Source: SAR86 cluster bacterium
GTDB taxonomy: Bacteria > Pseudomonadota > Gammaproteobacteria > Magnimaribacterales > AG-339-G14
Assembly (NCBI GenBank): GCA_028140145.1
Contig: JAOIOC010000004.1
Location: 17,067-81,066, forward strand
DNA: 64,000 nt
Direction: 5' to 3'
Shown: positions 39,103 through 48,779 of the stretch, piece after piece
Position numbering within the stretch: the first letter of the stretch is position 1
How the letters are laid out: every line of letters starts with the position of its first letter
Position numbers and translations under genes: made by a program
The notes under the pieces: model-generated
Databases searched by the model: none
What the model was told of the DNA's origin: nothing
Seen by the model: only the letters and a program-made list of their open reading frames with translations

Positions 39103-40443
39103 ATGCCTAACTTTGACCTAGTCCTTAGAAACTGTAACTTAATTAATGAGAATTCAATATCACAAGTTGATATTGCTATTAAAGATAAAAGAATAGAAAA
39201 AATTTCTTCCTCGATTACCGAAAAAGCCAAAAAAGAAATTGATATTAATGGGAAAAATGTTGCGCCCGGAGTAATTGACGACCAAGTTCATTTTAGAGAG
39301 CCAGGGTTAACAAAAAAAGGTGAAATCAAAACAGAATCATTAGCTGCGCTGTACGGTGGTATTACTTCGACCATGGATATGCCAAATGTATCTCCAGCAA
39401 GCACTACTTTAGATTTATTAGAGGAAAGATTTCAATTAGCTAAAGAAAAAAGCTGGACGAATTACTCTTTTTATCTAGGAGCTACACCGGATAACATTGA
39501 TGAAATTAAAAAAGCTAACCCTAAAGATATTTGTGGATTAAAAATTTTTATGGGGTCATCAACAGGTGATTTATTAGTTAATGATGATGATGCGCTAGAT
39601 TTAATTTTCAAAGAGTCACCTATATTGATTGTCACTCATTGTGAGGATAATAAAACGATAGAAAATAATCTAGAAAAAATATCAGCTCAGCGTAAGGGTA
39701 AATTATCTCCTCCAGATCATGCTCTTATCAGAGATGAGTTGGCTTGTTATATATCCTCTGAAAAAGCAACAAGTTTGGCTAAAAAATACTCAGCGGATTT
39801 ACACGTCCTTCATCTGACTACTGAGAGAGAGATTGAACTCTTTGAAGCCAAACCAACCAAAGATAAAAAGATTACGACAGAAGCTTGTATTCATCATCTT
39901 ATTTTTACTTCTGATGATTATGAAGAATGGGGAAATTTCATCAAATGTAATCCTTCAATTAAGGCTCCTAACAACAGAGAAGCATTGAGACAGGCATTAA
40001 AGAATAATCAAATTGATATTATTGCAACAGATCATGCACCACACACCAGAGATGAAAAATCTTTACCTTATTCAGAAGCTCCTGCTGGAATTCCCTTAAT
40101 TCAACATAGTTTTCAACTAATGCTTGAATTAGCTAAGAAGGGTATTTTTACAATTGAAGAGGTAATTAAATTTGCATCTCATAACACTGCAGATAGATTT
40201 AAAATAATTGATAGAGGGTATGTAAGGGAAGGATATTTTGCAGATTTGGTTGTTTTTGAAACTGGAATAAAACACACAGTTACAAACGAGGAACAAAAAT
40301 CTAAGTGTGGCTGGACTCCTTTTGAAGGTTGGGAATTAAGTTCAAAAGTTAACTCAACTATAGTAAATGGTAATGTTTTGCTTGAAAATGGAGAGCTTCA
40401 TCCAGAAAGAAGATCTAGCGAGAGGTTAGTTTTTAACAAATAA
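39103..40443 (+). CDS. Dihydroorotase-like cyclic amidohydrolase (long type, QxH variant)
   Basis: GVIDDQVHFREPG, LKIFMG (Lys), VTHCED, LHVLHLTT, ATDHAPH. All metal-site positions are recognisable, except that the first His of HxH is Gln. Confidence 0.75.
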   Translation: MPNFDLVLRNCNLINENSISQVDIAIKDKRIEKISSSITEKAKKEIDINGKNVAPGVIDDQVHFREPGLTKKGEIKTESLAALYGGITSTMDMPNVSPASTTLDLLEERFQLAKEKSWTNYSFYLGATPDNIDEIKKANPKDICGLKIFMGSSTGDLLVNDDDALDLIFKESPILIVTHCEDNKTIENNLEKISAQRKGKLSPPDHALIRDELACYISSEKATSLAKKYSADLHVLHLTTEREIELFEAKPTKDKKITTEACIHHLIFTSDDYEEWGNFIKCNPSIKAPNNREALRQALKNNQIDIIATDHAPHTRDEKSLPYSEAPAGIPLIQHSFQLMLELAKKGIFTIEEVIKFASHNTADRFKIIDRGYVREGYFADLVVFETGIKHTVTNEEQKSKCGWTPFEGWELSSKVNSTIVNGNVLLENGELHPERRSSERLVFNK

Positions 40444-40611
40444 TTACTTTTGATCTAAATTCTCTCGATATTCTGCTTCAACGTTTTCTCTGAATTCAGA
40501 ATTTTGAATATAGAGACCAAGTATCCCTGAAAGGATTCCCAAGATGGCAATTAAACCAAAGAAAACAACTAAATTTCTTACTATTTCAGAGTCTTTCATA
40601 TTTTGTGACAT
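40444..40611 (-). CDS. Possible 55-aa single-TM protein (absent from the ORF track)
   Basis: My translation is MSQNMKDSEIVRNLVVFFGLIAILGILSGILGLYIQNSEFRENVEAEYRENLDQK. It exactly fills the gap between two genes. No SD seen. Confidence 0.3.
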   Translation of the reverse strand: MSQNMKDSEIVRNLVVFFGLIAILGILSGILGLYIQNSEFRENVEAEYRENLDQK

Positions 40612-40646
40612 ACTAATTCTCGACAGATTTTTTGAGAGCCCATTTT

Positions 40647-41891
40647 ATGTTGAGATACTTATTAAATAAAGAAAGATTTTCATGGGCATTATATGATTGG
40701 GCTAATAGCGCTTTCTGGACAACAGTTGTAGCAGGTTTCTTTCCGATTTTTTTTAAATCATATTGGGCATCAGAACTTGATGGACCTTCAAGCTCAGCAG
40801 TCTTAGGAAGTACGAATTCAATTGCAGGATTTTGTATCGTTTTGATGGCGCCAATTTTAGGAACAATTGCAGATAAGGCAGGTGCAAAAAAAAACTTTCT
40901 AGTTTTCTTTGCTCTCTTGGGAATAATTGCAACCGGTTCTTTCTTCTTCATACCAAGTGGATACTGGATTACTGCTTCAATATTGTTTGGAGTTTCTTTA
41001 TTAGGTGGTTCTGGATCTAATATTTTTTACGATTCATTAATTGTTGATGTAAGTGATGAGAAAAAAAGAAATATCATTTCAGGTTTTGGATATGGCTTAG
41101 GTTACTTAGGAGGGGGAATACTCTTTATATTTAATGTTTTATTTTATTTATATCCCGCTTGGTTTGGATTTGAAAATGAAGTTCAAGCTATATTGGTAAG
41201 TTTCCTTACTGTATCAATATGGTGGTTTATTTTTACGATTCCTCTTTTTATTAATGTCCAAGAACAAAAACCATCTACCAAAACGGATCGTTTAATAAGT
41301 TCTTCTTTTAAAGAACTCGTTAATACAATTTCTAATATTTCAAAGTATAAAAATATTACAATTTTCTTAATTGCTTACTGGTTGTATATTGACGGCGTAG
41401 ATACGATTACTCGGATGTCAGTTGCTTACGGATCAGACATTGGTCTGGAAGCTTCAACGATGATTACTGCCTTAATAGTAGTCCAATTTATTGCTTTCCC
41501 TTCAGCAATAATTTATGGATATCTCGCAGAACGTTACGGGCAATTTTTATTTTTGGCTATTGGTATTGTTGCCTACATATTGATCACAATCAATTCTTAC
41601 TTTATGGAAACAGCTAGAGATTTTTATACCTTAGCTGTCGCAATTGGTTTGGTTCAAGGTGGAGTTCAGTCTGTTAGTAGAGCAATATTTAGCAAAATGG
41701 TTCCATCAGATAAAGTAGCAGAGTTTTTTGGTTTCTATAATTTTGTAGGAAAAAGCGCTGTTGTTTTCGGACCTGCCTTAGTTGGATGGGTAGCTTATTT
41801 GACTGGTGATCCAAGAAACGGAATTTTCAGTCTTCTTGCTCTTTTTATACCTGGACTGATCGTTCTATTGCTAGTTCCGAAATCAAAATAA
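40647..41891 (+). CDS. MFS transporter, UMF1/Atg22-like family
   Basis: ERFSWALYDWANSAF is the characteristic N-terminus of this family. About 12 TM segments. ATG 40647 preferred over the TTG at 40632. Confidence 0.8.
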   Translation: MLRYLLNKERFSWALYDWANSAFWTTVVAGFFPIFFKSYWASELDGPSSSAVLGSTNSIAGFCIVLMAPILGTIADKAGAKKNFLVFFALLGIIATGSFFFIPSGYWITASILFGVSLLGGSGSNIFYDSLIVDVSDEKKRNIISGFGYGLGYLGGGILFIFNVLFYLYPAWFGFENEVQAILVSFLTVSIWWFIFTIPLFINVQEQKPSTKTDRLISSSFKELVNTISNISKYKNITIFLIAYWLYIDGVDTITRMSVAYGSDIGLEASTMITALIVVQFIAFPSAIIYGYLAERYGQFLFLAIGIVAYILITINSYFMETARDFYTLAVAIGLVQGGVQSVSRAIFSKMVPSDKVAEFFGFYNFVGKSAVVFGPALVGWVAYLTGDPRNGIFSLLALFIPGLIVLLLVPKSK

Positions 41892-42611
41892 ATTTGATTT
41901 CAAGCATACGTTTTTTAGTAACTCAGCATCATCGGTCATTATTCCATCAACTTTCATATCAATTAAAGTCTCCATTGTTTCTTTAGAATTAATGGTCCAA
42001 ACATGAACTTTAAGATCCTTTGAATGAGCAGTTTTTATTAGATTATTATCTAGGACCTTAATCTTTTTCCAATGAAGAGGAATTTGAATACAGTCAACAG
42101 AACTAATAAGGTATTTAAATAATTTTAAAAAGACAACATCTACAATCCCCATTGAAATACAGGCTTGATTTCTTATCTTCTTAAATGCCCTTAATCTTTT
42201 TGTATCAAATGAAGCAATGCATATTCTGTTATAACCGTTATGACTATCAATAATTTTTGCAACTTTGTTAACAAGACCCTTAATTTTTAGATCTACATTA
42301 AACTTAGTATCTGGGAATTGTTCCATTACTTCAGTTAACTTTGGAATATGACCGCCTTTTTTTAGAGGAATATTTCTTAACTCTGCATAAGTAAGATCGC
42401 ATATATTTTTATGTTCGCCTGAGACTCTATAAATACTTTCATCGTGAAATGTTACAACTTCTCCATCCTTGGTTATTCTTAAATCAGTTTCGATATACTC
42501 ATAGCCTAAATTAACTGCATCCTGGAAAGCTTCTAAGGTATTTTCAGTAAAGTTGACAGAATTACCTCTATGAACAAAAGGCTGAAATGATGAACTGAAA
42601 AAAGGGTGCAT
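41883..42611 (-). CDS. Glycerophosphodiester phosphodiesterase (GDPD family)
   Basis: FVHRGNS, ENTLEAF, IETDLRITKDGEVVTFHD, and VWTIN near the C-terminus. Confidence 0.85.
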   Translation of the reverse strand: MHPFFSSSFQPFVHRGNSVNFTENTLEAFQDAVNLGYEYIETDLRITKDGEVVTFHDESIYRVSGEHKNICDLTYAELRNIPLKKGGHIPKLTEVMEQFPDTKFNVDLKIKGLVNKVAKIIDSHNGYNRICIASFDTKRLRAFKKIRNQACISMGIVDVVFLKLFKYLISSVDCIQIPLHWKKIKVLDNNLIKTAHSKDLKVHVWTINSKETMETLIDMKVDGIMTDDAELLKNVCLKSNLF

Positions 42612-42647
42612 TTTTATATATAATTTAAAAAAATAGCATTTTTTGCC

Positions 42648-44057
42648 TTGAATAAAAACAAAAGAAAAGTTGGTTTGACAGAACTTGTTTTAAGAGATGG
42701 TCAACAGTCGTTAATTGCAACTAGAATGAGACTCGATGATATGCTCGAGGTTGCAAAAAAAATGGATCAAGTTGGTTATTGGTCTATCGAAATGTGGGGT
42801 GGGGCGACATACGATTCTTGTCTGAGATATCTAAATGAAGACCCCTGGCATAGACTCAGGGAACTCAAGAAAATTTTCAAAAAAACAAAACTTCAAATGC
42901 TTATAAGGGGTAAAAATCTTGTTGGCTACAAACCATATTCTGATGAAGTTGTTAAAGCATTTGTTGAAAAGGCTTCTTTAAATGGTATTGATGTTTTTAG
43001 AACATTTGATGCACTGAATGATTTTTCGAATATTGAATTAACGATTAAAGAAGTTAAAAAAAATGGTAAGCATGCTCAAGGAGCAATGGCCTATACGGTG
43101 TCGCCCGTGCATACGCTGAAGAGTTGGTTAGATTTAGCTAAACAAATTGAAGGTGCTGGTGCGGACTCAGTGGCAATTAAGGATATGGCTGGTTTACTAA
43201 AACCAAACGCTGCATTTGAGTTAGTTTCTAAACTAAAAGAAAATATTTCTATCCCTATTCATATGCAAACTCATGCTACAACGGGATTTTCAACCGCAAC
43301 AAATATGAAAGCCATAGAAGCCGGTATCGATAACATTGATACTTCTATTTCCTCAATGAGTATGACTTATGGACATACAGCTACAGAAACTATTGTTTCC
43401 ATGTTTGATGATACAAAGTTTTTTTCTGATATTGATAAAGATTTATTTCCTGAGTTATCTTCGCATTTTAAAAAAATTAGAAAAAAATATGAACTATTTG
43501 AAGGATCTTTGAAAGGCGTTGATGCAAGTATGTTAATTAATCAAGTACCTGGAGGTATGCTTTCAAATTTAGAGTCACAATTAAGAGAAATGGATGCTGA
43601 TGATAAATTTGAAGAAGTATTAAGTGAAATTCCAAGAGTTAGACAAGACCTAGGGTTTGTTCCATTAGTAACCCCCAGTTCTCAAATAGTCGGAGCACAA
43701 GCTTTGTTTAATGTTCTCGATGAAGAAAGATATAAACATCTTAATATTGAAACAGTAAATTTAATTTTAGGAAAATATGGAAAGGTTCCTGGAAAAATAA
43801 ATAAGAACCTTTCTGAACTTGCAAAAAAAATTAAACCGGATGAATACATACAAGAAGATTTAGATTCTGCTAAATCAAAATTAAAATCTTTTTGCAAAGA
43901 AAATAAAATAAAGGATTTTTCGCAAAGATTAGAAAATGTATTGAGTTATTTATTTTTTCCAAATGTTGTAGAAGATTTTTTTCTTAAGAAGGGTTCAATA
44001 AAAGAAACAGATTTAGAGCAGCTTCAAGAGGAGATTGGATTTGTGATTAGAGAATAA
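42648..44057 (+). CDS. Oxaloacetate decarboxylase alpha / transcarboxylase 5S-type carboxyltransferase, without a biotinyl domain
   Basis: LRDGQQSL, the TIM-barrel HMQTHATTG region, and the PYC_OADA-like region VTPSSQIVGAQA. It ends at 469 aa with no AMKM biotin motif. TTG start. Confidence 0.8.
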   Translation: MNKNKRKVGLTELVLRDGQQSLIATRMRLDDMLEVAKKMDQVGYWSIEMWGGATYDSCLRYLNEDPWHRLRELKKIFKKTKLQMLIRGKNLVGYKPYSDEVVKAFVEKASLNGIDVFRTFDALNDFSNIELTIKEVKKNGKHAQGAMAYTVSPVHTLKSWLDLAKQIEGAGADSVAIKDMAGLLKPNAAFELVSKLKENISIPIHMQTHATTGFSTATNMKAIEAGIDNIDTSISSMSMTYGHTATETIVSMFDDTKFFSDIDKDLFPELSSHFKKIRKKYELFEGSLKGVDASMLINQVPGGMLSNLESQLREMDADDKFEEVLSEIPRVRQDLGFVPLVTPSSQIVGAQALFNVLDEERYKHLNIETVNLILGKYGKVPGKINKNLSELAKKIKPDEYIQEDLDSAKSKLKSFCKENKIKDFSQRLENVLSYLFFPNVVEDFFLKKGSIKETDLEQLQEEIGFVIRE

Positions 44058-44087
44058 AAAAACCCTCTATGAAAGAGGGTTTTTTTA
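44055..44087. terminator. Bidirectional intrinsic terminator
   Basis: AAAAAAA-CCCTCT-atgaa-AGAGGG-TTTTTTT between convergent genes. Confidence 0.7.
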
Positions 44088-44100
44088 AATCTTTTCTGAT

Positions 44101-44742
44101 TTACGGTGCGTAGCTGATAGTAAGGGTTACACCACTATCATCCATGGATCCATCTTCAGTCTCTAAGTCGTAGTAATATACGCCGATTCCAAAATCACCA
44201 CCAACTCCCCAGTCGTAACCGATGAGAAAGTCGTTACTTGTATCTTCGTAGTCACCATAAGAAATAGAGAAACTACCTGGACCAGCGTCAATACCGTAAG
44301 ATATTTGCGCGTAGTCAGCGGCACTATCCATTCCAGCAGCATAACTAATTCCAAAGCCATAGATGTCAAAACCTATGTAAGCTTCATCAAAATTAGCATC
44401 TGTTGCACCAGGGTAAGTGTATGTGATGTATCCAACATCTAAAGAAATGTTGTCAGCAATATCAGTGCTATATCCAAGGTATACATCTAGTTCTAATTCA
44501 GTTAAATCGCTAGTAGCTGCATCACCAAATTGAACACTAGAACCCCAAGTTCCAATGTAGAAACCGCTATCAGTGGATAAATCAAAACCTCCACTTACAG
44601 CAGGGCCTCCTGCGCTTTGCGTCCATCCTCTCCAAATGTAGTCAGAAGTAAGGGCAATGTTTCCAGAAACAGAAACAGCACTTGCTAGTGATGACACTAT
44701 TAGTAAAGGAAGGGCTATAACAAACGTTTGTAAATTTTTCAT
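44101..44742 (-). CDS. Outer-membrane beta-barrel protein (TIGR02001/Gcw_chp-like)
   Basis: Signal peptide MKNLQTFVIALPLLIVSSLASA. GNIALTSDYIWRGWTQSAGGPAVSGGFD and YIGTWGSSV fit that family. Alternating beta pattern. GGAG lies 5 nt before ATG 44742. Confidence 0.65.
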   Translation of the reverse strand: MKNLQTFVIALPLLIVSSLASAVSVSGNIALTSDYIWRGWTQSAGGPAVSGGFDLSTDSGFYIGTWGSSVQFGDAATSDLTELELDVYLGYSTDIADNISLDVGYITYTYPGATDANFDEAYIGFDIYGFGISYAAGMDSAADYAQISYGIDAGPGSFSISYGDYEDTSNDFLIGYDWGVGGDFGIGVYYYDLETEDGSMDDSGVTLTISYAP

Positions 44743-44940
44743 ATAAGCTCCTATAAGAGAAAAAACCATTAAACACTATAAATATTCACTTGAGTGCACT
44801 ATTTGTAAGCATTTATAAGTCGCATCATACACTTTTGAAACATTTTTGTATAAAAAATGCCCCAAATGCATACATCTTTTACTGGTATGTCAATAACCTT
44901 AGATTTCATTTTTTGGTCTCTTTAAAAAAATGGTTTATTC

Positions 44941-45948
44941 ATGTTTAATACTCATTTCATGGAAGAAATAAAGTACAAAGCTTTTTTAACTCAAGAAACA
45001 GATTCTGGTTTTAGCAATTCAATTGAAAATCTATCCACTGTTAATCTTGAGGAAAATGATTTACTTATAAAAGTATCTTATTCATCTTTAAATTATAAAG
45101 ATGCACTTTCCGCATCAGGTAACAAAGGTGTTACAAGAAATTATCCTCATACTCCAGGTATAGATGCTGTTGGTGAAGTGGTTGAAAGTAATTCATCTGA
45201 TTTTAAAGAAGGAGATAAGATTATTGTTACTGGTTATGATCTTGGAATGAATACATATGGTGGCTTTGGTCAATATATTTCAATCCCAGCATCTTGGGCT
45301 ATATCTCTTCCCGATGAATTAACCGAAGCAGAAGCAATGTCGATTGGAACAGCCGGTCTAACAGCAGGCCTATGTGTGAGAAAATTACTTCATAATGACT
45401 TAACCCCAGATTCTGGAGATGTCCTGGTTACTGGTGCGTCTGGAGGAGTTGGCTCAGTAGCCGTTATGGTTTTATCTAAATTGGGATTTAAGGTTACTGC
45501 ATTAACTGGAAAAAAAGATCAAATTGAATATCTTGAATCATTAGGCGCATCTTCAGTAATTATGAGAAGCGGTATGGAAGAGCAAGGAAAGCCTCTTCAA
45601 AAAGGGATTTATCAAGGCGGGGTCGATACTGTTGGCGGAAATATTTTATCGAATTTCATTAGCCAAACTTCTCAAAGAGGAGCGATAACTTGCTGCGGTA
45701 ATGTCGCGAGCGATAAACTAGAAACAAGTGTTTTTCCTTTTATTCTCCGAGGAGTTACTTTGATAGGTATTGATTCTGCTGAGTCTTTATTAGAAGTAAA
45801 AAAAGAAATTTGGAATAATTTTTCTAGCGATTGGAAGATTGATTTAGAAAAAATTACAAAAGAAGTCTATCTTGAATCTTTATCTGACGAAGTTGAAAAG
45901 ATTTTAAAAGGTAATCAGGTTGGAAGAATTAGAGTTAATTTAGGGTAA
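44941..45948 (+). CDS. YhdH/AcuI-type MDR oxidoreductase (acrylyl-CoA reductase-like)
   Basis: SSLNYKDALSASGNKGVTRNYPHTPGIDAVGEV and TGASGGVGSVAV are hallmarks of the YhdH subfamily. The start could be ATG 44959. Confidence 0.85.
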   Translation: MFNTHFMEEIKYKAFLTQETDSGFSNSIENLSTVNLEENDLLIKVSYSSLNYKDALSASGNKGVTRNYPHTPGIDAVGEVVESNSSDFKEGDKIIVTGYDLGMNTYGGFGQYISIPASWAISLPDELTEAEAMSIGTAGLTAGLCVRKLLHNDLTPDSGDVLVTGASGGVGSVAVMVLSKLGFKVTALTGKKDQIEYLESLGASSVIMRSGMEEQGKPLQKGIYQGGVDTVGGNILSNFISQTSQRGAITCCGNVASDKLETSVFPFILRGVTLIGIDSAESLLEVKKEIWNNFSSDWKIDLEKITKEVYLESLSDEVEKILKGNQVGRIRVNLG

Positions 45949-45951
45949 ATT

Positions 45952-46074
45952 ATGAACGATGAATTTTATGAGAAGAAAACTGACAAAGAAGATAGCAAAT
46001 TTGATGCAATCGTATCTGTAGTTGTCATTTTAGCTGTAACAGCTGCGATTGTTCTTTATGTTTCATCTCAATAA
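45952..46074 (+). CDS. Possible 40-aa single-TM peptide (absent from the ORF track)
   Basis: My translation is MNDEFYEKKTDKEDSKFDAIVSVVVILAVTAAIVLYVSSQ. It starts 3 nt after the upstream stop and fills the gap. Confidence 0.3.
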   Translation: MNDEFYEKKTDKEDSKFDAIVSVVVILAVTAAIVLYVSSQ

Positions 46075-46091
46075 TCTATAGGAGTAAATTA

Positions 46092-47063
46092 ATGGAAGTT
46101 AAAGAATTATTGAAAGATTTAAGAATACCGGTCATTGGAGCGCCTTTGTTTACGGTTTCTTATCCAGAACTTGTTATTGCGCAATGCAAAGCGGGTATTG
46201 TGGGAAGTTTTCCTGCATTAAATGCAAGACCCGCTGAAGAATTAGAAAAGTGGTTCCAAAGGATTTCTGCAGAACTAGAACAACACACCAAAGATAACCC
46301 AGATTCACCAGCAGCTCCTTTTGCAGTTAATCAAATCTGCCATAAGTCTAATGACAGATTAGAACATGATGTTGAAGTATGTGTTGAATATAAAGTTCCA
46401 ATGATAATTACAAGTCTCAGAGCTCCCAAATTCGTCGTAGATGCGATTCATAGTTATGGTGGAGTCGTCATGCATGATGTTATAAACATAAGACACGCAA
46501 AAAAAGCAATTGATGAGGGTGCTGATGGCTTGATATTAGTATGTGCCGGAGCTGGAGGACATGCTGGCACATTAAGCCCGTTTGCTTTGGTTAGTGAAGT
46601 CAGAGAATTTTTTGATGGACCCATAGCTTTATCAGGATCAATATCTCAAGGTTCTTCAGTTTTATCAGCTCAGGCAATGGGTGCTGATTTTGCCTATGTT
46701 GGTACCAGATTTATTGCAACTCAAGAAGCAAATGCTTCAGAAGGATACAAACAAATGATAGTTGAAAGTGCTGCTGACGATATTATGTACTCCTCAACAT
46801 TCACTGGCGTGCATGGAAACTATTTAAAGCCTAGTGTAGTTAAAGCTGGATTAGATCCCGACAATCTACCAGTTTCTGGTAAAGATGATATGAATTTTGG
46901 TTCTTCAGGTTCAGCTATGAAAGATAATTCTTCGAAAGCATGGAAGGACATTTGGGGATCCGGTCAAGGTATTGGAACTATAAAAAATGCGCCTCCTGTA
47001 AAAGATGTTGTCGACCAAATGGTAGAAGAATATCAATCTATGAAAACAAAATTAGCTGTCTGA
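46092..47063 (+). CDS. Nitronate monooxygenase / FabK-like FMN oxidoreductase
   Basis: PVIGAPLF, GADGLILVCAGAGGHAG, and FAYVGTRFIATQEA are typical NMO family motifs. Confidence 0.85.
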   Translation: MEVKELLKDLRIPVIGAPLFTVSYPELVIAQCKAGIVGSFPALNARPAEELEKWFQRISAELEQHTKDNPDSPAAPFAVNQICHKSNDRLEHDVEVCVEYKVPMIITSLRAPKFVVDAIHSYGGVVMHDVINIRHAKKAIDEGADGLILVCAGAGGHAGTLSPFALVSEVREFFDGPIALSGSISQGSSVLSAQAMGADFAYVGTRFIATQEANASEGYKQMIVESAADDIMYSSTFTGVHGNYLKPSVVKAGLDPDNLPVSGKDDMNFGSSGSAMKDNSSKAWKDIWGSGQGIGTIKNAPPVKDVVDQMVEEYQSMKTKLAV

Positions 47064-47780
47064 ATAATTTTGAGTCAATAGAAATTGATCATAATCCATA
47101 TGCATAATTGCGAGGGCATCATGGAAAGCTAGAACATTCATACTTTTTTTGATCATTTGAGAAGCTAATGGAGACCTTGATTTAAACTTGTTAACCCATT
47201 TATTGATAATTTTAATTTTGTCATCCTCATCAAACAGATCATCAAAAAAATTAAATTTACTTAAATCTTCCGTAGAATAATTTAGCCCAGAAATAACCAT
47301 TTCTTTTGTTTTTGTGGATCCTACAATATTTTGAAGCAAAGGTAGTCCAAGCCAATTTAGATTCATCCCTAAGACAATTTCTGGATAACCAATAATTGTA
47401 TCCTTGTTGCCTATCCTGAAATCGCAAGCTGTTGCGATTACTGCAGCACCCCCTAAAGTATAGCCATTAGTAACACAGATAGTTATTTGAGGAGTAGAGA
47501 GAATGGCTTCTATGCATTCTTTACCATAATTCTTTTGCCATCTTTCTAAGTTATTTTTTTTCTTTAGTTTTTCTTTTATATCTGCTCCAGCAGAAAAATT
47601 ATTTTCATCAGAATGAAGAACTATAATTTTAATTTTGCTGTTCTGTGAAGCTTCTATAAAGACTTTTTTTAATTCATCAAGAGTTTTTGTATTAAGAGCA
47701 TTCATAGACTTCTTTCGAGTTAACTCAATATAGAAAACACCGCTTTTAAGTTTAGTTTCTAAATATTTATACTTATTCAT
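47052..47780 (-). CDS. Enoyl-CoA hydratase/isomerase (crotonase) family protein
   Basis: KSMNALN, FSAGADIKE, and GYTLGGAAVIATACDFRI form a crotonase-fold oxyanion-hole pattern. Confidence 0.8.
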   Translation of the reverse strand: MNKYKYLETKLKSGVFYIELTRKKSMNALNTKTLDELKKVFIEASQNSKIKIIVLHSDENNFSAGADIKEKLKKKNNLERWQKNYGKECIEAILSTPQITICVTNGYTLGGAAVIATACDFRIGNKDTIIGYPEIVLGMNLNWLGLPLLQNIVGSTKTKEMVISGLNYSTEDLSKFNFFDDLFDEDDKIKIINKWVNKFKSRSPLASQMIKKSMNVLAFHDALAIMHMDYDQFLLTQNYSDS

Positions 47781-47803
47781 GAAGTGAAGACTATGAGGAA
47801 GAT

Positions 47804-48745
<942 letters not shown>

Positions 48746-48779
48746 CTATCTTTAAAAATGTTAAAATACCTAAAAACTA

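Noticed and set aside
40613-40951. 112-aa minus-strand ORF
   Set aside because: It is antisense to the N-terminus of the UMF1-type MFS transporter, whose motif ERFSWALYDWANSAF is diagnostic. I recognise no family for the antisense product.
44770-44940. The largest intergenic region (171 nt), between the porin and the AcuI-like gene, considered as a possible sRNA or small ORF (22-aa MPQMHTSFTGMSITLDFIFWSL)
   Set aside because: It has no hairpin terminator, no RBS and no recognisable motif. Its size is consistent with two divergent promoters.
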